53,635 nucleotides of DNA from a virus. Lineage: Duplodnaviria > Caudoviricetes. The position numbers and the translations under genes were made by a program. The DNA lies in the IMG/VR virus record IMGVR_UViG_3300027917_000057, positions 1-53,635 of that record; one strand, given 5' to 3'. The notes beneath the pieces are model-generated. The model saw only the letters and a list, made by a program, of their open reading frames with translations, had not been told where the DNA came from and did no database searches. This document shows, piece by piece, positions 9,873 to 19,602 of this stretch. How positions within the stretch are numbered: the first letter of the stretch is position 1; every line of letters begins with the position of its first letter.

Positions 9873-10904
9873 ATGACCTGGGCGGCGGACCTAATCAAGC
9901 AGGCGGAAGTAGAGGGCGGCTTCTACAAGGGCAAGCCTGCTAGCCCCGATAGTGTGAAGTTCGAAACGGACTTCCAGGGGCTCAAGGTCAAGGTAGACCG
10001 ACCCAAGGGATTCATCATGTTCGGCACTGACCACAGCGGTGCCAAGTGGCGGAGAACCTACAAGGTCGACTATGGGTTCATCCCTAAGACCCTGGGAGGG
10101 GATAGCGACGGACTCGACGTGTTCATCGGACCCAGCAAGAAGGCAGCAAACGCCTTCTGGGTGGTTCAGAGAAAGCCGGACGGGAGCTTCGATGAGTACA
10201 AGATCTTCTTGGGCTTCGATAACAGAGACGAGGCCATAGCCTGCTACCGTGCGCACATCCCCAAGAAGTTCTTTGGGCGGATGATGAGCATGACTGTAGA
10301 GATGATGAAGGCTATGTTGGGGGATGAGCCGCAGGAGTCTGTGAAGCCTCAGAACGGTGCGGTTAAGGACACGAGCCTGTCAACTAGAGTTAAGAAGGCC
10401 TCCTGGAGTGGCTTCCTCTCAGAGATGCTCAAACAGGTGGGGACCGCCGTTCTCGTACTTTTGCTGGTCTTCCCTTCGACTGCTCGGGCACAGAGCGTAG
10501 AGAGCATACCTCCGGGCCCGGACAAGATTCAGCCTCTGCAGCTCAAAGAGCCGGCTCCTTACTCTGGGATGCTCTATGACTATGACACCGCACTGCGTTG
10601 GGGTAACTGGCTGAAGCAATACCAGCTACGGCTGAAAATCGATGTGGAGGCCGAGAAGAAGAAGTGCGATGTGGAGCTCGCTGCTGGAAGGAAGATTCTG
10701 GCTCTTACTGAGGGTGCGCACAAAGAGTCGGAGAGGGACCTCAAGGCGCGTGTCCTCAAGCTCGAGCAGAGGAACGTGGAGCTAGAGAAAGAGCTGCGAA
10801 ACCCCTCTTGGTACAACACGCGTACCTTCGGAGTCATCGTAGGGGTAACCGGCTCAGCCCTTCTATTCGGGCTTAGCGTCTACGCTTTGGATCGGGCGCG
10901 ATGA
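9873..10904 (+). CDS. Inorganic-pyrophosphatase-like (InPase) domain fused to a signal-peptide/coiled-coil/TM module
   Basis: DYGFIPKTLGGDSDGLDVFIG and FDEYKIFLGF motifs in the N-terminal half; internal MLKQVGTAVLVLLLVFPSTARA; C-terminal TM. Confidence 0.6.
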   Translation: MTWAADLIKQAEVEGGFYKGKPASPDSVKFETDFQGLKVKVDRPKGFIMFGTDHSGAKWRRTYKVDYGFIPKTLGGDSDGLDVFIGPSKKAANAFWVVQRKPDGSFDEYKIFLGFDNRDEAIACYRAHIPKKFFGRMMSMTVEMMKAMLGDEPQESVKPQNGAVKDTSLSTRVKKASWSGFLSEMLKQVGTAVLVLLLVFPSTARAQSVESIPPGPDKIQPLQLKEPAPYSGMLYDYDTALRWGNWLKQYQLRLKIDVEAEKKKCDVELAAGRKILALTEGAHKESERDLKARVLKLEQRNVELEKELRNPSWYNTRTFGVIVGVTGSALLFGLSVYALDRAR

Positions 10905-10905
10905 C

Positions 10906-11178
10906 ATGGCAGTCATTACGGTCGGCCGCTACCTCGACAAGTCTACTGACTCCGTCACAGTAGCTCAGGGCCCCGTAGGGGGGTCGGCATGGCTTGTTCG
11001 GGACATGAACAAGCTCGTGCCCGAGATGTTCGACTTCATAGACATCGTGAGCCGAAATGCCAATGGGGACCCCACCGTTATCGACTACAAAATAGGTGGT
11101 TCTGGAGGGATCACCGTAGCCACCCTGACGCTTACCTACGACATAGATGGGGAGCTCAAAACAGTTGGGAGGACCTGA
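10906..11178 (+). CDS. Small virion-associated hypothetical protein
   Basis: 90 aa, tightly packed; YKIGGSGGITVATLTLTYD motif resembles a segment of the 14107 gene product. Confidence 0.5.
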   Translation: MAVITVGRYLDKSTDSVTVAQGPVGGSAWLVRDMNKLVPEMFDFIDIVSRNANGDPTVIDYKIGGSGGITVATLTLTYDIDGELKTVGRT

Positions 11179-11519
11179 TGGCGGCCCGACTGAAGATCGT
11201 TTTCAACCCGTTTACTGGCAACTTCGATCTGGTTACCAGGCCAGGGAGCGGAAGAAGAATTGGAGAAGACCTGTCGGCACAAGTAGATGGTGCGACAGAT
11301 ACGTTCGTTACTCCAACCAAGTTCATCCACCAGGCTCCTGGGGACAGCATCTCCGTTTATCTGAACGGCGTGCGGCTACGGCTTGGTGCAGCTAATGACT
11401 ACACGTTGTCAGAGAGTGGGGGATCTGGCACTGGGTTTGATACAATCACTTTAGCCTTCATCCCTAGGGCTGGAGCGAGCAAGCCGGACATCCTGCTAGT
11501 TGACTACACGGAGAGATAA
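11178..11519 (+). CDS. Small virion structural protein
   Basis: Start moved to ATG 11178 (TGATG overlap, RBS GGAGG). FNPFTGNFD motif; VYLNGVRL...DY domain shared with the next gene. Confidence 0.55.
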   Translation: MAARLKIVFNPFTGNFDLVTRPGSGRRIGEDLSAQVDGATDTFVTPTKFIHQAPGDSISVYLNGVRLRLGAANDYTLSESGGSGTGFDTITLAFIPRAGASKPDILLVDYTER

Positions 11520-11522
11520 AAG

Positions 11523-13457
11523 ATGAGCCGTACTTTCATTCGACAAGACGACCAGATTGCTGCGTCAAATACATCGGATGGGGGCTACTCGGATGCAGTG
11601 GCGCCGTCACTGGCCAACTATCAGACCAACCCCAGCACCCTCCTCGACGACCTCAACAACATGAGGTCGATGCTGAGCTACCTGAAGGACATTCAGACGG
11701 GTAACTGGTACGACGCTCAGACGGCGCCCGTTGCACTCGAGGCCGGCACGCTTCGTGGTGTCGATGACCTGAACGATGCCCTGCACCTGGTCGAGAAGAA
11801 GCGGGTACTCCGCGATGTGTACCTGATCACGGATGTGACGGTGCCCGCCGAGGTGAAGGCCACGGGGACCCTGACGGGTACGGTGAACTTCTCCGACACC
11901 GACACGGTGACCATCGACACGAAGGTCTACACGTTCCAAGCCACGCTCACGAACGTGGATGGCAATGTGCAGCTCGGCGGTTCGCTGGCTACCTCGCTCC
12001 AGAACCTCTACGACGCCATCAACCTGACGGGTACGCCTGGAACGCAGTACGCAGCGGCGATGACCCTCCATCCGACCGTCACCGCTACTGCGGTCGGAGC
12101 TACGACGCTCGATGTCGAAGCCAAGTTGGGCGGCACCCAAGGCAATCTGATTGCCACCACGTCGTCGGTTGCTGACCCGGACTGGGGAGCGGCTACGCTT
12201 ACGGGCGGCGCTGGCGACTTGGTGATTCTCGGAACTGGTGAGCTTCCGACGCAAACAACCGCAGCGGTGGGGACCGTGGCTACGCTCGGCACTGTCGTTG
12301 CCTACGTCGCAGGCTTCGGGGCTGTTTCGCTCAACAACGTGACGGGCTCCAATGCCCTCAATCCGAAGAACCTGCTTCAGATCGACAGCGCCACTACGCA
12401 CGACCCAATCTTGAGCGGTGGCCGCATCATCTATGGCTTGCTCCAAAGCGAGACCGTAACGGATGGGCACACCATCTCGGACACGACGCCGACTCGCGTT
12501 CAGATCAGCTTCGTGCGGTTCAACAATGCTGGAACTGCGTTGGAGTATGCCCCGTCGGTGGACATCGCTGGGCGCACCATCCACTACGCCTATCGAGAGC
12601 GCGTTCGCCTCGAAGACCTGAGTGAGCAGGACTTCCTGCGTGGTGCCGTCATCGACATCCCGGCCGCCGCTGCCGTGGATCGACAGGATGTCTACGACAA
12701 CCAGGGAACGACGCCGGTCGAAACCACGACCAACTCCACGTTGGACCTGAACGCAGCGGGCATCTTCTGGGAGCTGCGTGACCTCCTGAACGCCACGTTG
12801 TTCCGCGTTACTGAGGGCAGCACGGGCGGCACCACTACGGTGCAGCTTGGGTCCGATGTGGATACGTTCGACGTGAACGCGGTCGTCAACGACTTCTCGG
12901 CGGGCGCTACTCTACGGAGCGGTGGCACTCGGCCGATTCGGGTAGGCGTCTCTGATGGCGTGATCGATACCTCCTCCGGTGACCTCGAAGTCCGTGGCGC
13001 CGCAGAGCTGTTCCTCGACGACGGAAATCAGACGGGCTCAACGTGGGCGCAGACCCAGGGCATCAAGCTCTCCGATACGACGGCTGAGTGGGACGCTTTC
13101 GAGACGGCCTTCGGTGAAGTCTCGCTGCTCAACGCCATCGTTCAGGCTGGCAACGCCAATCTGCACTCGAAGGTCTGGGCGGTACTAACCGCCAACGTGG
13201 CTGCGGACACCGACGTGTCGGGTCCGTCGAACGACAACAATCTCGACACCGACCTCGGTGATCTGAGTGGTGGCGACTTCTTGCAGGACTACGACTTGTA
13301 CCTGAATGGTGTGCTCCTGCGCCCCGGTGCCAACGCCGGCGCGAACCACGACTACTATCCGGGTACGGCTCTTGCGAACGGGCAGCTCAAGTTCGAGTTC
13401 TCCTTGAAGGGTACGGGCACGAAGCCGGATCAGCTCACGCTCGTGAAGTGGGTCTAG
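11523..13457 (+). CDS. Virion structural protein (T/G/A/D-rich)
   Basis: 644 aa, followed by a strong terminator; C-terminal LYLNGVLL...DY domain. Confidence 0.55.
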   Translation: MSRTFIRQDDQIAASNTSDGGYSDAVAPSLANYQTNPSTLLDDLNNMRSMLSYLKDIQTGNWYDAQTAPVALEAGTLRGVDDLNDALHLVEKKRVLRDVYLITDVTVPAEVKATGTLTGTVNFSDTDTVTIDTKVYTFQATLTNVDGNVQLGGSLATSLQNLYDAINLTGTPGTQYAAAMTLHPTVTATAVGATTLDVEAKLGGTQGNLIATTSSVADPDWGAATLTGGAGDLVILGTGELPTQTTAAVGTVATLGTVVAYVAGFGAVSLNNVTGSNALNPKNLLQIDSATTHDPILSGGRIIYGLLQSETVTDGHTISDTTPTRVQISFVRFNNAGTALEYAPSVDIAGRTIHYAYRERVRLEDLSEQDFLRGAVIDIPAAAAVDRQDVYDNQGTTPVETTTNSTLDLNAAGIFWELRDLLNATLFRVTEGSTGGTTTVQLGSDVDTFDVNAVVNDFSAGATLRSGGTRPIRVGVSDGVIDTSSGDLEVRGAAELFLDDGNQTGSTWAQTQGIKLSDTTAEWDAFETAFGEVSLLNAIVQAGNANLHSKVWAVLTANVAADTDVSGPSNDNNLDTDLGDLSGGDFLQDYDLYLNGVLLRPGANAGANHDYYPGTALANGQLKFEFSLKGTGTKPDQLTLVKWV

Positions 13458-13477
13458 GCCCCTGGCCTAACCTGATG

Positions 13478-13512
13478 GGAGCCAGGGTGCCTGACGGCGC
13501 CCTGGCTTCTTT
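13478..13512 (+). terminator. Rho-independent terminator-like hairpin
   Basis: GGAGCCAGGGTGCC-TGAC-GGCGCCCTGGCTTC (14 bp including two G-U pairs) followed by TTT. Confidence 0.65.
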
Positions 13513-13526
13513 GGTATAGAGGGTTC

Positions 13527-14114
13527 ATGGGAATCGACAAAGCAGAGGTCAAAATCCTGACCGCCAACGAGATTGGCGCTTCCATCGAAGACATGATGGA
13601 GGAGGCGCAGAAGAACGAGCACATGTACGCGGGCGCCAAGAACGCGTTGGGGGATGCCTACAAGAACATCGGCAACCTGGTGGACGTGTTCAAGCGCGAG
13701 GTCGAGGAAGGGACCATCAAGTTCGATGAGCTCCGTGAGCCCGAGAAGATCGAGGGGTTGGTCCGTAAGTTCATCGCTAGGGCCATGAACATCGTGGAGT
13801 CCATGCAGCTTCAGGCCCAGAACTCTCAGATCGGAGCTGCCGGCATGGTTGCGGCATTCACGAAGGCGATGGGGATCCCCAAGAAGGTCATGGATGTGGA
13901 GCGCGGGAAGATGGAGGCCGTGAAGGCCGCCATCGAAGCACAGCTTCGTGGTGATGGGGACGAGGACCTGGAGCTCGGGCGCCCGGCTGCGAGGGTTACG
14001 GGTACGCACCCGGGTGACCCTCTGGCGGCTCGGCGCATCCCAGAGAGCAAGCCGAACGGCGCCAAGAAGACCACGAAGAAGAGCAAGACTACGAAGAAGA
14101 CGGTCCGTGCCTAG
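13527..14114 (+). CDS. Hypothetical helical protein with a Lys-rich tail
   Basis: 195 aa, coding-like composition, C-terminal KKTTKKSKTTKK. Confidence 0.6.
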   Translation: MGIDKAEVKILTANEIGASIEDMMEEAQKNEHMYAGAKNALGDAYKNIGNLVDVFKREVEEGTIKFDELREPEKIEGLVRKFIARAMNIVESMQLQAQNSQIGAAGMVAAFTKAMGIPKKVMDVERGKMEAVKAAIEAQLRGDGDEDLELGRPAARVTGTHPGDPLAARRIPESKPNGAKKTTKKSKTTKKTVRA

Positions 14115-14592
14115 AACAGCTGACAGATTCCCCGGTGACAGGGAGGAGGAGGGCATCCTCATGGAGCCCGGCGCGGTTGCGCCTACTGTCAACGGGGAGC
14201 TCAGGTATGTCACAGGCAGTGGGTTCCGGTTCTACGAAGAGGGCGTAGAGAAGGGACTGACGGGCTCTGGGATCTCCGAAGCTCAACATCGTGTGCTCAG
14301 GCAGCTCATCCACTTCATCGAAGATGGTCCGGCTGAAGGCTTTGCGTCTGGTGCCTACAAGGAGACGTTGCCTGCAGCCGACCCATTTCCGACTTCGTTC
14401 ATCTGGTGGGAGTCGGCAGCAAAGCTCAAGAAGATCGTAGAGGAGATCGTCACCTACAACGCCAACAAGACCATCGCGACGGACCAGTGGAAGGTCTACG
14501 ACACCGATGGTTCCACGGTGCTGGCTACGGTGACTGATACGATTAGCTACTCGAGCATCTTTGAGGTCAGCCGCACGAGGACGATTGTCTGA
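14107..14592 (+). CDS. Virion-associated hypothetical protein
   Basis: Start placed at GTG 14107 (MPRTADRFPG) to avoid a long overlap; WKVYDTDGSTVLATVT motif. Confidence 0.55.
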   Translation: MPRTADRFPGDREEEGILMEPGAVAPTVNGELRYVTGSGFRFYEEGVEKGLTGSGISEAQHRVLRQLIHFIEDGPAEGFASGAYKETLPAADPFPTSFIWWESAAKLKKIVEEIVTYNANKTIATDQWKVYDTDGSTVLATVTDTISYSSIFEVSRTRTIV

Positions 14593-15929
14593 TGGCTAAG
14601 TCTCCGGCAGTGATCCCGTTCAACACCGATGGTGTTGGGCTCGCCGTCTCAGATGGGCTTGCCATTCCGCTTGGGCAGAGCGGTTTCGTGAGTGTCGGGT
14701 ACGACGGGACGAATCTGCGGTTCGTTCGAGTCAATAGCTCTGGCCAGCAGGTCTTCGTGGGCGCTGGGGTGGCTGGGACACCCGCAGGAGGCGTTCTAAG
14801 CGTTCAGGGCGTCTCTGGGGGTCAGGCTCTACCCATCAGCGTTGCGAGCCTTCCTCTACCGTCTGGGGCCGCTACAGAGGCCACCCTGGCCACTCTGCTG
14901 ACCGGGAGCACCTTCACGGCCCGAGTCCCTGTCCTGGTGGTTGGCGGGGGGACTGAGGCAGCGGCTCTTCGGGTCACCATTGCCAGCGACTCCACAGGGG
15001 TCCTCAGTGTGGACGACAATGGTGGGTCGCTCACCGTAGATACCCCACAGCTTCCCGCCGCTCTTGTTGGAGGTCGGCTCGACGAGAACATCGGGGCCTG
15101 GATGGGCTCGACTGCCCCGACTGTGGGGCAGAAGACGATGGTGGACTCGATCCCCGTCGTCATGGCGTCGAATCAGTCCGCCATCCCTGTGACGTTCACT
15201 CCAGCGAATGCCCGAACGGGGGTTTCTTCTGCTTTGGTTGTGCTTGGCGGCGCTACATCTGGGACGCTGCAAGTCTTTCGAGCGACGGCATACAACGAAC
15301 CGGCGGCGGCAGCCCAGAGGTCACTTGCTAGTAGCAGTGCTAACGATGCTGCGGCAGGGACTGGCGCCAGGACAGTCAAGATTCGATATTTTGATGGAGC
15401 CGGAGACGGTCCGTTTGAAGAGGTCGTGACGCTCAACGGGGTGACGCCCGTTAACACGGTAGCGACCGATATCCGGTTCATCGAGCTGATGGAGGTTCTG
15501 ACTGTTGGGGCAGTGGGCTCTAACGTAGGGACGATCACGCTGTACGGTGCGACTGGTGGAGGCGGTGGAGTAGTTGGAAGTATCGGTACTGGCAGCTACG
15601 TTGCTGGTGTCGGAGACAACCGCACGATCTGGGCGCACCACTACACGCCGACTGGATGGTCTGTAGACCTGGCTGTGCTCGTCGCCTCGATTCAGTCTGG
15701 CGGTGCAGGAACAACGGGGAAGGTCTTCTTGAGGTACACATCCCCATTGGTGCCGAACAGCGCTGAAGTTGTAGTCGGAGGCGTCTTGTTGCTTCAGGCT
15801 TTGTTCGAACGCACGTACGATTTCCACATCCGCATTCCGGGGCTTGTCAGGGTGACGGCGTATGGTGTCCCTGGTGTGAACAACGCTACGATGCAGGCTT
15901 CGTTTGACTGGTCGGAGTTGCCGACATGA
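14592..15929 (+). CDS. Virion structural/appendage protein
   Basis: 445 aa, G/A/V/T-rich; SSSANDAAAGTGARTV...EVVTLNG pattern seen in phage structural proteins. Confidence 0.5.
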   Translation: MAKSPAVIPFNTDGVGLAVSDGLAIPLGQSGFVSVGYDGTNLRFVRVNSSGQQVFVGAGVAGTPAGGVLSVQGVSGGQALPISVASLPLPSGAATEATLATLLTGSTFTARVPVLVVGGGTEAAALRVTIASDSTGVLSVDDNGGSLTVDTPQLPAALVGGRLDENIGAWMGSTAPTVGQKTMVDSIPVVMASNQSAIPVTFTPANARTGVSSALVVLGGATSGTLQVFRATAYNEPAAAAQRSLASSSANDAAAGTGARTVKIRYFDGAGDGPFEEVVTLNGVTPVNTVATDIRFIELMEVLTVGAVGSNVGTITLYGATGGGGGVVGSIGTGSYVAGVGDNRTIWAHHYTPTGWSVDLAVLVASIQSGGAGTTGKVFLRYTSPLVPNSAEVVVGGVLLLQALFERTYDFHIRIPGLVRVTAYGVPGVNNATMQASFDWSELPT

Positions 15930-16681
15930 TCAACTTCAAGGGAACTCCTGAACGGTCTGGGAACTGGACGTGGCTCAAGCCTCTGATCCCGTACAAGAGC
16001 ATCGTACTTCAGTACGAGGAAGACGCTGAGATTTACCTAGTTTATGGCTACGACGTGCCGGAGGTGTTGTCCTGCACGATCTGGAAAGGTGTGGTTCCTG
16101 TTGGGATTGTTGCTGGAGGCTACAGCCAGGCCCAGAACGATGCCGACAAAGCCGACTTCGAGACCAACTACAAGCCCTACGCCAACCGCTCGATTGATGC
16201 GATCCCGTCACGTCTGTTTGCGACTGCGATCAACGTGTCTGGGGGTGGCCCCGCGAGCTTGGCCGTAGACGGCAGCGCTACTCCGGTCGTGTTCGAGTAC
16301 AACCCGCCGAACAACTACGACATCCAGGTGACGGCCCTGACCTTGCTGTTCGAGGGTGGCGCCATGTCGTTTGGCAACCGGTTCGTGTTGAATGCCATCA
16401 GCACGCTGGCGAATGGCCTGTGGCTCGAAGCTAAGGTGGCTGACCTCTATGTGAACTGGCAGAACATGAAACGGACCCGTGACATCATCGAGATCTGTCA
16501 GGACTTCGACATCGTCACGGGTAACCCGAATCTGATGAGGGCCAAGATCCATCTGCCGACGCAGCTCAATCTGGCTCGGGCTGGGACGTACCAGGAGCCC
16601 GACTACATCCGTCTGACAGTGCGTGACAACCTGACTGGGTTTAACTTCGCCGAGGCGCACATCCAGGGAGTGAAGCTGTGA
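15926..16681 (+). CDS. Virion-associated hypothetical protein
   Basis: 251 aa, ATGA-coupled within the structural operon. Confidence 0.55.
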   Translation: MINFKGTPERSGNWTWLKPLIPYKSIVLQYEEDAEIYLVYGYDVPEVLSCTIWKGVVPVGIVAGGYSQAQNDADKADFETNYKPYANRSIDAIPSRLFATAINVSGGGPASLAVDGSATPVVFEYNPPNNYDIQVTALTLLFEGGAMSFGNRFVLNAISTLANGLWLEAKVADLYVNWQNMKRTRDIIEICQDFDIVTGNPNLMRAKIHLPTQLNLARAGTYQEPDYIRLTVRDNLTGFNFAEAHIQGVKL

Positions 16682-17580
16682 GTGTTGGACATCTGAGTCA
16701 GACCGAGGAGAGTGTTCCTACCGTCGGGCTCAATAGTGAGCAGGCCGACAAGGCCGTGAAGGTGGCCCAGGTCGGACGCTTGGGCTCCGAGGTCATCTAC
16801 GCCACGCACAACTTCTGCGACCCGACGACCTGGTACTCGGAGTCAGAACGCATCACCGACGAAGTGCTTGCGGACTCAGGGGACGGACTGACCTGGAACA
16901 GTGTAGAGCCCAAGTGGGTAGACATGGCCCACGGCAAGGTCATGGACGAGGAGGCCGTGGCTGCCGAGGCGGCACCGACGCACGAGTACAAGATCGTGGT
17001 CACGGTGGATGCGGTCGAGATGACCCAACGAGCTCCGTTTGCTGCGTCGGGTGGTGACTACGACGTGGATTACCAGACCGGGCAGGTCACGTTCTTCAGC
17101 TCACAGGCCGGCAAGGTCGTGAAGGCGACGTATTCGGCGGCCAGGGGTTCGACATGGATCATGCGCCCGACACCCGGCAAGCTCCTGAAGATCGAGTCGG
17201 CCGAGGCGCAGTTCAGCGACGACGTGGAGTTGAACGACACGATCCGGTTCGGGGCCTGGGGGGTCGCCGACTACTTCGCCCCGCAGCTCGTTCCCGACGT
17301 ACTACCGCCCGGTACGCTCATCGAGCTTCAGGCTACCCGGTACATGAGGCTCGATCAGATCGTTGACGAGGCGCTGGGTAGCTACCCAGTGATCCCGGCG
17401 ATGGGCGGGAGCGTGCGGGGCAACACCCGACCTCGCTATGGGTTCCCGTTCCGCTATGGTGCGGTCCGGGTCCTGACCTCGGCGGCGCTCATGGAGATGA
17501 GGGTGCGGCTCGAGGGCGACGTGCCCTACTCGGGCGAGCGCGCGACCGCCACGTTCTACTGTTCGTCGGAGGACGTATGA
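16678..17580 (+). CDS. Virion-associated hypothetical protein
   Basis: 300 aa, GTGA-coupled; YDVDYQTGQVTF resembles phage tail/baseplate beta domains. Confidence 0.55.
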   Translation: MSVGHLSQTEESVPTVGLNSEQADKAVKVAQVGRLGSEVIYATHNFCDPTTWYSESERITDEVLADSGDGLTWNSVEPKWVDMAHGKVMDEEAVAAEAAPTHEYKIVVTVDAVEMTQRAPFAASGGDYDVDYQTGQVTFFSSQAGKVVKATYSAARGSTWIMRPTPGKLLKIESAEAQFSDDVELNDTIRFGAWGVADYFAPQLVPDVLPPGTLIELQATRYMRLDQIVDEALGSYPVIPAMGGSVRGNTRPRYGFPFRYGAVRVLTSAALMEMRVRLEGDVPYSGERATATFYCSSEDV

Positions 17581-17930
17581 CCAGCTACGAATACGATGCC
17601 GAGCTCGTCCGAGTGATCGATGGTGACACCGTGGTCCTGAAGGTGGACTGTGGGTTCCGACTGACCTTCGAGGACAGCTTTCGTCTCTACGGGATCGACA
17701 CACCGGAACTTCATGGCGTCTCAGCCGAGGTAAGGGAGAAGGCCTTGGCTGCCAAAGCTGAGGTCGAACGACTCTGTGGGTTGGGAAAGCTCAGGATCGA
17801 AACCTACAAGCCAGACAAGTACGGACGCTGGCTGGCAACGATCTTCGTGCGGGCAGGCAGTGCAGAGATCAACATCAACGAGAAGCTCGTAGCCGACGGG
17901 TTTGCCGAAGAGTACATGGTGAAGAAGTGA
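17577..17930 (+). CDS. Thermonuclease (staphylococcal nuclease family)
   Basis: VIDGDT, RLYGIDTPE, DKYGRWLA and INEKLVADGFA motifs. Confidence 0.9.
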   Translation: MTSYEYDAELVRVIDGDTVVLKVDCGFRLTFEDSFRLYGIDTPELHGVSAEVREKALAAKAEVERLCGLGKLRIETYKPDKYGRWLATIFVRAGSAEININEKLVADGFAEEYMVKK

Positions 17931-18418
17931 TGACGCTGGTGTTCTCGACCTCAAGCAGCTGGATCTCTCGAATCATCATGTGGTTCACGCGCAGCAAGGC
18001 CAGCCACGTGATGATCGGGTTGGACGTCTACGGGATACCCATGCTCCTGCACTGCACTAGTGGGGGCGTGCAGGTGACCCCCAGGGCCAAGTGGTTCGCG
18101 GAGAATCGACAGGTCGCAGAATACAGGTTCAAACCCGACATCACCGAGGGCATCAAGCATGCGTTCTTGATGCTCGGGGAGAAATACGACTACGTCTCAC
18201 TCCTCGGATTCATTCCGGTTCTGTTCTTCCGGTGGCTCAGGATCAAGGTCAAGAATCCACTGGCCTCACCCTCTGCCATGGTGTGCTCGGAGTTCATACT
18301 TCATGTCGATCATCACGACCAGATTCCAGAGTGGGACGTTCTTGACTACGAGACAACGACCCCCGAGGACCTGCTGGTACTATGCGAGCAGCAGAAGAGT
18401 TTTCAAAGGATTCCGTGA
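17927..18418 (+). CDS. Permuted papain-like (NlpC/P60, YiiX/YebB-like) amidase
   Basis: N-terminal SHV, central GEKYDY and C-terminal CSE, i.e. permuted order of catalytic His and Cys. Confidence 0.75.
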   Translation: MMTLVFSTSSSWISRIIMWFTRSKASHVMIGLDVYGIPMLLHCTSGGVQVTPRAKWFAENRQVAEYRFKPDITEGIKHAFLMLGEKYDYVSLLGFIPVLFFRWLRIKVKNPLASPSAMVCSEFILHVDHHDQIPEWDVLDYETTTPEDLLVLCEQQKSFQRIP

Positions 18419-18427
18419 GGTAGGACA

Positions 18428-19594
18428 ATGGGCGGTACACTGAAGGGCAGCATCGATCACTTCTTCTCGGCTTCCCCGAACGGAGCGCTCTACCGCGACC
18501 AGTTCGCGGCGCTCGTGAGGTTCTTTGACTCCAACACTCAGATGACTCGAATTGCGAGTCAGGCAGGCAATGCTGGAGGCTCCAATCCTAGGGCTGGAGC
18601 TGTGGATGCGAACACGATCAGAGGTTGGAGCAGCGACGCCTCATACAGCGGGGAAAACGCTTTTGGGGTTTGGCGCTGGGACCGTGTAGATGGTCTCAAG
18701 GTCTACGTGCTCGTCCAATGGCACCACACCGACGGATGGGCGGCGCCCGGCACTCCAGCGGCTGGCGCTCTGTATTACCAGCTCGCCGTCCAGTTCGCGC
18801 TCGACTCCAGCGGCGGCAACCCCTGGAACGGCGGTGCGGGCAACCTCGGTGCCGACTCGAAGAACGGGACGAACGTTTGGGTGCCGAACGGTGGGAACTT
18901 GTGCGTGTGGCCTCGTGCCAATGGAGCGGGAGGAAGCGGCGCCACCGTTCGGCAGTATGTGTGCTCAATGGTTAACGGGACCAGCTTCGGTGACGGCCCA
19001 AACCGCATCCATTTCCTGATGGACGACGACTTTTTCGCGTGTGCGATGGACCATAACGCGAACGGCAGCTACGACGCGCTCACCTGGTTTGGTACCTACA
19101 CGCCGCACGCCGGCTTTACCCCCGATGTGCCCCTCGTGTTGATCAACTACCAGAGCAGTGGCGCGAGCACGCCGGCCGCGACCGACATCCCAATGAACAC
19201 CGACCTTGGGACGCTGACAGGCGTGAGCGGGGCTGAAGGTGGGATCGTAGTTGACTCGTCGCTCGGTGTTCGCATTCTCCGACATTCGACCATCCAATAT
19301 CTCGATACTGGCACTACATTGCTCAACCCGAACGGTCTCTCTGGAGCCTGGGACGAGCTTCCGCTCTTTCTGCGCGCCTATGACCCACAAGGGAACGGTA
19401 CCTACGGGCTTGCCGGCAAGATCGACGCGTCTATGCTCGCCATCGTCGGTAACTGCCCGTCCCAAGCGACTAACCTGACCAAGACCAAGATCGTGGTTGG
19501 CTCGGGCTCTCAGTCGAACAGCAAATGGCTCCTACCGTGGGACGGGGCTACGACACCTGGGTCGAACATGGCTCGCAACGGCATTCAATTCTGA
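18428..19594 (+). CDS. Virion appendage protein (cassette copy 1, gene A)
   Basis: 388 aa, G/N/W-rich; ends ...LLPWDG..., like the 20621 product. Confidence 0.5.
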   Translation: MGGTLKGSIDHFFSASPNGALYRDQFAALVRFFDSNTQMTRIASQAGNAGGSNPRAGAVDANTIRGWSSDASYSGENAFGVWRWDRVDGLKVYVLVQWHHTDGWAAPGTPAAGALYYQLAVQFALDSSGGNPWNGGAGNLGADSKNGTNVWVPNGGNLCVWPRANGAGGSGATVRQYVCSMVNGTSFGDGPNRIHFLMDDDFFACAMDHNANGSYDALTWFGTYTPHAGFTPDVPLVLINYQSSGASTPAATDIPMNTDLGTLTGVSGAEGGIVVDSSLGVRILRHSTIQYLDTGTTLLNPNGLSGAWDELPLFLRAYDPQGNGTYGLAGKIDASMLAIVGNCPSQATNLTKTKIVVGSGSQSNSKWLLPWDGATTPGSNMARNGIQF

Positions 19595-19602
19595 GGTGAG
19601 CC

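Noticed and set aside
11607-14213. Long minus-strand ORFs 11607-12584 and 13467-14213
   Set aside because: Antisense to well-formed plus-strand genes; typical high-GC shadow ORFs.
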